A stretch of DNA of 20,000 bases, taken from an uncultured virus (IMG/VR IMGVR_UViG_3300021431_000114). Lineage: Duplodnaviria; Heunggongvirae; Uroviricota; Caudoviricetes. The position numbers were made by a program, and so were the translations under genes. The stretch spans positions 56,141 through 76,140 of IMG/VR virus record IMGVR_UViG_3300021431_000114. One strand, written 5' to 3'. The notes below the pieces were generated by a model. That model was not told the origin of the DNA, did no database searches, and saw only the letters and a program-made list of their open reading frames with translations. Shown here piece by piece: positions 16,292 to 20,000 of the stretch; within the stretch, counting starts at the first letter, position 1; each line of letters begins with the position of its first letter.

Positions 16292-16322
16292 CATTATTAT
16301 TCACATCAAAACATCGTACACA

Positions 16323-17123
16323 ATGGAAAACGAGATTCAAGTAATGAAGCCTGCACAGTTGCAGTTCTTCGGCTCGTCAGAGGGCTTCGAGCTTTGCCAG
16401 CGCATGGCAAAGGTGTTTTCAACAAGTTCGCTTGTTCCTACGCAGTACCAAAACAACATGTCTAACTGCATTATTGCCATGGAAATGGCATCACGCATTG
16501 GCGCAAGCCCGCTGCAAGTGATGCAGAACCTCTACATCGTGCATGGCAATCCCGGATTCAGTGCAAAGTTCCTTATCGCCTGCATCAACGCAAGCGGCAA
16601 GTTCAGCCCGCTTCGCTACGAGTTCAAGGGCAAGGAAAACACGGACGAGTGGAGCTGCCGCGCCTACGCTGTTGACAAGGAGGGCGAAGTGCTGCACGGA
16701 GCATGGGTGTCTATCGCAATGGCAAAGAAAGAGGGCTGGTACAGCAAGCCAGGCAGCAAGTGGCAGACCATGCCGGAGCTGATGCTTCAGTACCGCGCTG
16801 CTGCTTTCTTCCAGCGCACGTATGCACCCGAAATCAGCTTGGGTATGCAGTCCGCAGAGGAACTTGCGGACGCAGTGGAGCTTGTCGACGCACCTGCACA
16901 GCCTGCCGTCAGCACTGCTTCGCCCGAAAACATAGCTGCTGAAATGGAGAAACAGGACAACGCGAACACGGAGCAGCTGGGTATGGGCGACAATGCGGAA
17001 GCAGCACAGCCAGCAGCACCAGAAGCTCCTGCGCCTGCTGCACCCGCCAACGACGGCACTGCTGCACCTGCGGGCGGTGTCAAGCCGATGGGCGCACAGC
17101 CGACACCTGACATGTTCAAGTAA
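16323..17123 (+). CDS. RecT/Redbeta-like ssDNA-annealing protein (start ATG 16323)
   Basis: LVPTQYQ, PLQVMQNLYIVHG, MAKKEGW..K.GSKWQTMPELML.YRA and PEISLG, with an Ala/Pro-rich tail. Confidence 0.8.
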   Translation: MENEIQVMKPAQLQFFGSSEGFELCQRMAKVFSTSSLVPTQYQNNMSNCIIAMEMASRIGASPLQVMQNLYIVHGNPGFSAKFLIACINASGKFSPLRYEFKGKENTDEWSCRAYAVDKEGEVLHGAWVSIAMAKKEGWYSKPGSKWQTMPELMLQYRAAAFFQRTYAPEISLGMQSAEELADAVELVDAPAQPAVSTASPENIAAEMEKQDNANTEQLGMGDNAEAAQPAAPEAPAPAAPANDGTAAPAGGVKPMGAQPTPDMFK

Positions 17124-17138
17124 TCTTCCTTGCAGCGT

Positions 17139-17864
17139 ATGAAACTGACAGTATTAGGCAGCGGCTCGGAAGCTAACGGCTACATACTACAGAATGAGAG
17201 TGAAGCAATCGTACTGGAGTGCGGTTGCTCACTCGCACGCTGCGAAGAAGCGTTGGGCTACAACATCAGCAAGGTTGCTGGCTGCTTGATAACGCACGAG
17301 CACGGCGATCATGCACGTTTTGCGGCTAAGTACGTGCAACGCATGCCGCTTTATGCGACAAAGGGCACGCTTGATGCGCTGCGCTTGCAGCAGGGAAGCA
17401 ACGCTACAGCACTGGAGCTTAAGCGCACAGTGCAGATAGGCAGCTTCAAGGTCATGCCCTTTGCGACACAACACGACGCTGCACAGCCATGTGGTTTCCT
17501 TATCAAGCATCCCGACTTTGGGCTGCTGCTGTTTGCCACTGACACGTATTACCTGCGCTACACGTTTGCAGGGCTAAACTACGTCATGCTGGAGTGCAAC
17601 TATGACAAGCGCATACTTGACGAGAACACGCGCAACGGCGTTGTTCCTATGGTGGTACGCGAGCGTGTGCTGCGTAGCCACATGAGCGTCGTTGACTGCA
17701 TAAAGACGCTGAAAGCAAACGACCTGTCACAAGTACGCGCAATCGTACTGCTGCACCTTTCAAGCAGCAACAGCAACGCGGACAACTTCTTGGAGCGCGT
17801 CAAGCGCAATACGGGCAAGCATACTGTTGTGGCACAAAAAGGCGTAGAACTGGAATTGTTATAG
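17139..17864 (+). CDS. MBL-fold metallo-hydrolase (probable nuclease)
   Basis: LGSGSEAN, THEHGDH (HxHxDH), HDA, ATDT, ECNY, SHMS and LHLS motifs. Confidence 0.9.
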   Translation: MKLTVLGSGSEANGYILQNESEAIVLECGCSLARCEEALGYNISKVAGCLITHEHGDHARFAAKYVQRMPLYATKGTLDALRLQQGSNATALELKRTVQIGSFKVMPFATQHDAAQPCGFLIKHPDFGLLLFATDTYYLRYTFAGLNYVMLECNYDKRILDENTRNGVVPMVVRERVLRSHMSVVDCIKTLKANDLSQVRAIVLLHLSSSNSNADNFLERVKRNTGKHTVVAQKGVELELL

Positions 17865-17874
17865 ACAAAAAAGT

Positions 17875-18471
17875 ATGGACTACACATTGAATGTTGATAT
17901 AGACAGAGAAAACAGCTATGTAAAGCAGGCATACGAAACGGCCTGCACGCATGGCTTTCACAACGAGCACCGCAGTGACGCGCACTGGCTGATGCTTGTT
18001 ATTACAGAAGTGTCGGAAGCAGTGGAAGCCGACCGCAAGCTGCGCTTCGCACAGCTGGAAATGTTTAAGCGTGAGAGCTGTACGCCACAAGCGGAAGCTC
18101 ACAAGGAAAAGCATTGGCAGTTCTGCTTCGAGCAGTTTATCAAGGACACTGTTGCTGACGAGTTCGCCGACATCTGCATACGCCTTTACGACTTCTTGGG
18201 CGTGCTTGGCGGCAAGCTACAGCAGAAGCCTTCCACCGACAGCTTTGTGCTTTGGCTTGACGTGTACGGGAACTTCACTTTTGCTGAATGCGCGTATGAG
18301 CTTTGCACCATGCTTGCAGAAAAAAGAAACAACGTCGAGAGTGCAATCGCTGCCGCATTGAGCTTTACGCGCTGCTGGGCAAAGCATCTGGGCGTGGATT
18401 TGCAGCAGCACATTGAGCTGAAAATGCAGTATAACGCTATGCGTGCTCCTTTGCACGGAAAACAATACTAA
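17875..18471 (+). CDS. MazG-like nucleotide pyrophosphohydrolase
   Basis: LVITEVSEAVEADR, DEFADICIR and KMQYNAMR..LHGKQY. Confidence 0.8.
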   Translation: MDYTLNVDIDRENSYVKQAYETACTHGFHNEHRSDAHWLMLVITEVSEAVEADRKLRFAQLEMFKRESCTPQAEAHKEKHWQFCFEQFIKDTVADEFADICIRLYDFLGVLGGKLQQKPSTDSFVLWLDVYGNFTFAECAYELCTMLAEKRNNVESAIAAALSFTRCWAKHLGVDLQQHIELKMQYNAMRAPLHGKQY

Positions 18472-18492
18472 ACGTAAAAAGAACAGAGAATT

Positions 18493-18897
18493 ATGATGCA
18501 GTATAACGACTTTGTGCAGCTCGTAAGCAGAATGCGCGACGCACAGAAAGCATATTTTAGAGGACGCACGTCAATGGACTTGTCACGCAGTAAGCAGCTT
18601 GAAAAGCAAGTTGACGCAGAGCTTTCACAGTACACAACAGCAAACGGCAAGCTCGTTGCACAGCCAAGCTTGTTTGACGAGCAGCCAGCACAGCAGCAAG
18701 AAAAGCCCTACAAGCCCGTGCTTGTCATGCGCTGCAAGCACTGCAAGGCAGCGTTTCTGATGCACGCGCTCGCCTACCCAATGGACGGAGAGACTGCACA
18801 GGCGTTTGCACGTGCCGTGCAAAGCGGCGACGAAGTGTTTGTTGCCAACGCGGACGAAGTACATTTGCAGCAGTGTACTTGCAAACCGCATCCATAA
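18493..18897 (+). CDS. Hypothetical protein with QPSLF motif and C-terminal Cys cluster
   Basis: 134 aa in operon orientation, with CKHC...CTC. Confidence 0.7.
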   Translation: MMQYNDFVQLVSRMRDAQKAYFRGRTSMDLSRSKQLEKQVDAELSQYTTANGKLVAQPSLFDEQPAQQQEKPYKPVLVMRCKHCKAAFLMHALAYPMDGETAQAFARAVQSGDEVFVANADEVHLQQCTCKPHP

Positions 18898-18903
18898 AGC
18901 TGC

Positions 18904-18954
18904 TGTACAGGCGCAGACGCGACGCACAAGAGCGTTTTGCGCTGCGCCTGCACA
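18904..18954. other. Long GC-rich intergenic hairpin
   Basis: TGTACAGGCGCAG (18904-18916) pairs with CTGCGCCTGCACA (18942-18954), with an inner ACGC/GCGT stem. Confidence 0.55.
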
Positions 18955-19011
18955 CTTTATCGGGCGTGCTTTCAAAAAGCTCTTAAAACGAACATATAAT
19001 AACCAAAAGCA

Positions 19012-20000
19012 ATGAATAAAGACGTTGACGGACAAATAGTAGCGTGGAATGACGGCAGGACAATAGCCGTGCTGGAAACGGAAAACTGGTTTTACGTAGC
19101 ACTGAACTACCGGGACAAAGAGGACGAGCAAGACAGACTTTGGGTGCTTGACCCTGCACCCGCAGGCGAGTACCGCCCTGCAACTTACGACGAGCGCGTG
19201 CGCTTCCTTAAGGAGCTGCCGCGTGAGTGCAAGTTTAGGATTGACAATCGCGGGCGTGTCGTTGACATCGTTTTCTTGGATATGCTGGAGCAGGACAAGA
19301 AAGAAGTGCTGCCACCGCTGCAAAGCAAGCAACCAGAGCAGGAGCAAAGGCAGCAGCCCGTAAACACTTATGAGCGGCTGGGGCTTGCGTTCCTGCCGTA
19401 CTTGGATGGCAGCAAGCCTTACGACAAGGACTTTCCAAAGTTCTTTGACGAGGACTTCGCGGACTGTAACTACTTGCAGCTCGTAGGGGCTACAATAGGA
19501 TATTTCAACAAGGCTGTACGCAGGAACGCGCACGCCTTCATTCTAAGCCAGGAATACGAGCGTAACCTTGTCAATCTTGGCGCACAGCTTGCAAACATTG
19601 ACTTTTCCGAGCTGATGCGCGACAATATGCAGCACTTGTACAGCGGACTGCTTTGCTTAAGCAACGGCAGCGGCTACAACGCGCTGCTATGGAAAACGGA
19701 AAAGGACGCTAAGACTATGAGCGCGGTTTTCCTTTTCGACTGCTGCAAAATAGGAGCAGTTGCAACGTACAATAATAAGGGCAAGCAGGAAACGGTACTT
19801 GTCAGCAGACGTATTGGCAACGCTGAAAGCATAGCATACAGTATGTTCCGTATGCTGTACTTGTTCCTTTACGCAGAGAAGCACGGCAAGGTGCGCGAAG
19901 TGGAGTACGGAGAAGATGCACGCACAAAGTGGCTGTCCGTGCGCAACCTTGCGCCCAACCCTCTTGTGGAGTACCGCAACAGCACGTACTACACGACTAT
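19012..20000 (+). CDS. Hypothetical protein, runs off the window's right edge
   Basis: Not in the ORF track. Translated by hand from ATG 19012 (MNKDVDGQIVAW...EYRNSTYYTT), open with no stop to the window end, after an A-rich leader. Confidence 0.8.
   Translation, partial: MNKDVDGQIVAWNDGRTIAVLETENWFYVALNYRDKEDEQDRLWVLDPAPAGEYRPATYDERVRFLKELPRECKFRIDNRGRVVDIVFLDMLEQDKKEVLPPLQSKQPEQEQRQQPVNTYERLGLAFLPYLDGSKPYDKDFPKFFDEDFADCNYLQLVGATIGYFNKAVRRNAHAFILSQEYERNLVNLGAQLANIDFSELMRDNMQHLYSGLLCLSNGSGYNALLWKTEKDAKTMSAVFLFDCCKIGAVATYNNKGKQETVLVSRRIGNAESIAYSMFRMLYLFLYAEKHGKVREVEYGEDARTKWLSVRNLAPNPLVEYRNSTYYTT

Larger units (their letters stand above)
1..20000. mobile_element. Temperate tailed phage (Bacteroidales-type), packaging, lysogeny and replication modules; probably the excised/attP form
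   Basis: Portal, terminase, integrase, S24 repressor, and replication and recombination genes are present, with no host housekeeping genes. Promoters carry Bacteroidota TAnnTTTG boxes and leaders are AT-rich. Confidence 0.95.

Overview
The whole window is part of a temperate tailed phage of a Bacteroidales (Prevotella-like) host, apparently in its excised form because it holds an intact attP. The left arm (minus strand, read right to left) carries a tyrosine integrase, a DnaA-domain-IV-like HTH gene and a 340-bp non-coding hairpin array. These are followed by one apparent operon: ParB/Srx-like gene, TGT/DpdA-like transglycosylase, queC, queE, queD, folE, a TerS-like paralog, TerS, TerL with a 133-aa mini-intein, portal and minor head protein. 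The centre has attP (3' half of tRNA-Ser(GGA) flanked by tandem arm repeats) and a CI-like repressor with face-to-face promoters. The right arm (plus strand) carries Cro-like and Xis-like genes, a replication initiator, a DnaC-like loader, a Rad50/SbcC-like ATPase, a RecT-like annealase, an MBL hydrolase, a MazG-like protein and hypotheticals. The most striking unexplained signal is the array at 9229-9528. In it, hairpins that fold best on the minus strand alternate with segments antisense to start-codon-like sequences, and one segment is a 14-nt perfect (about 22-nt extended) complement of the translation start region of the phage's own repressor mRNA. This suggests a multi-guide antisense sRNA cassette. 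All protein calls come from motif recognition by eye, not database searches.
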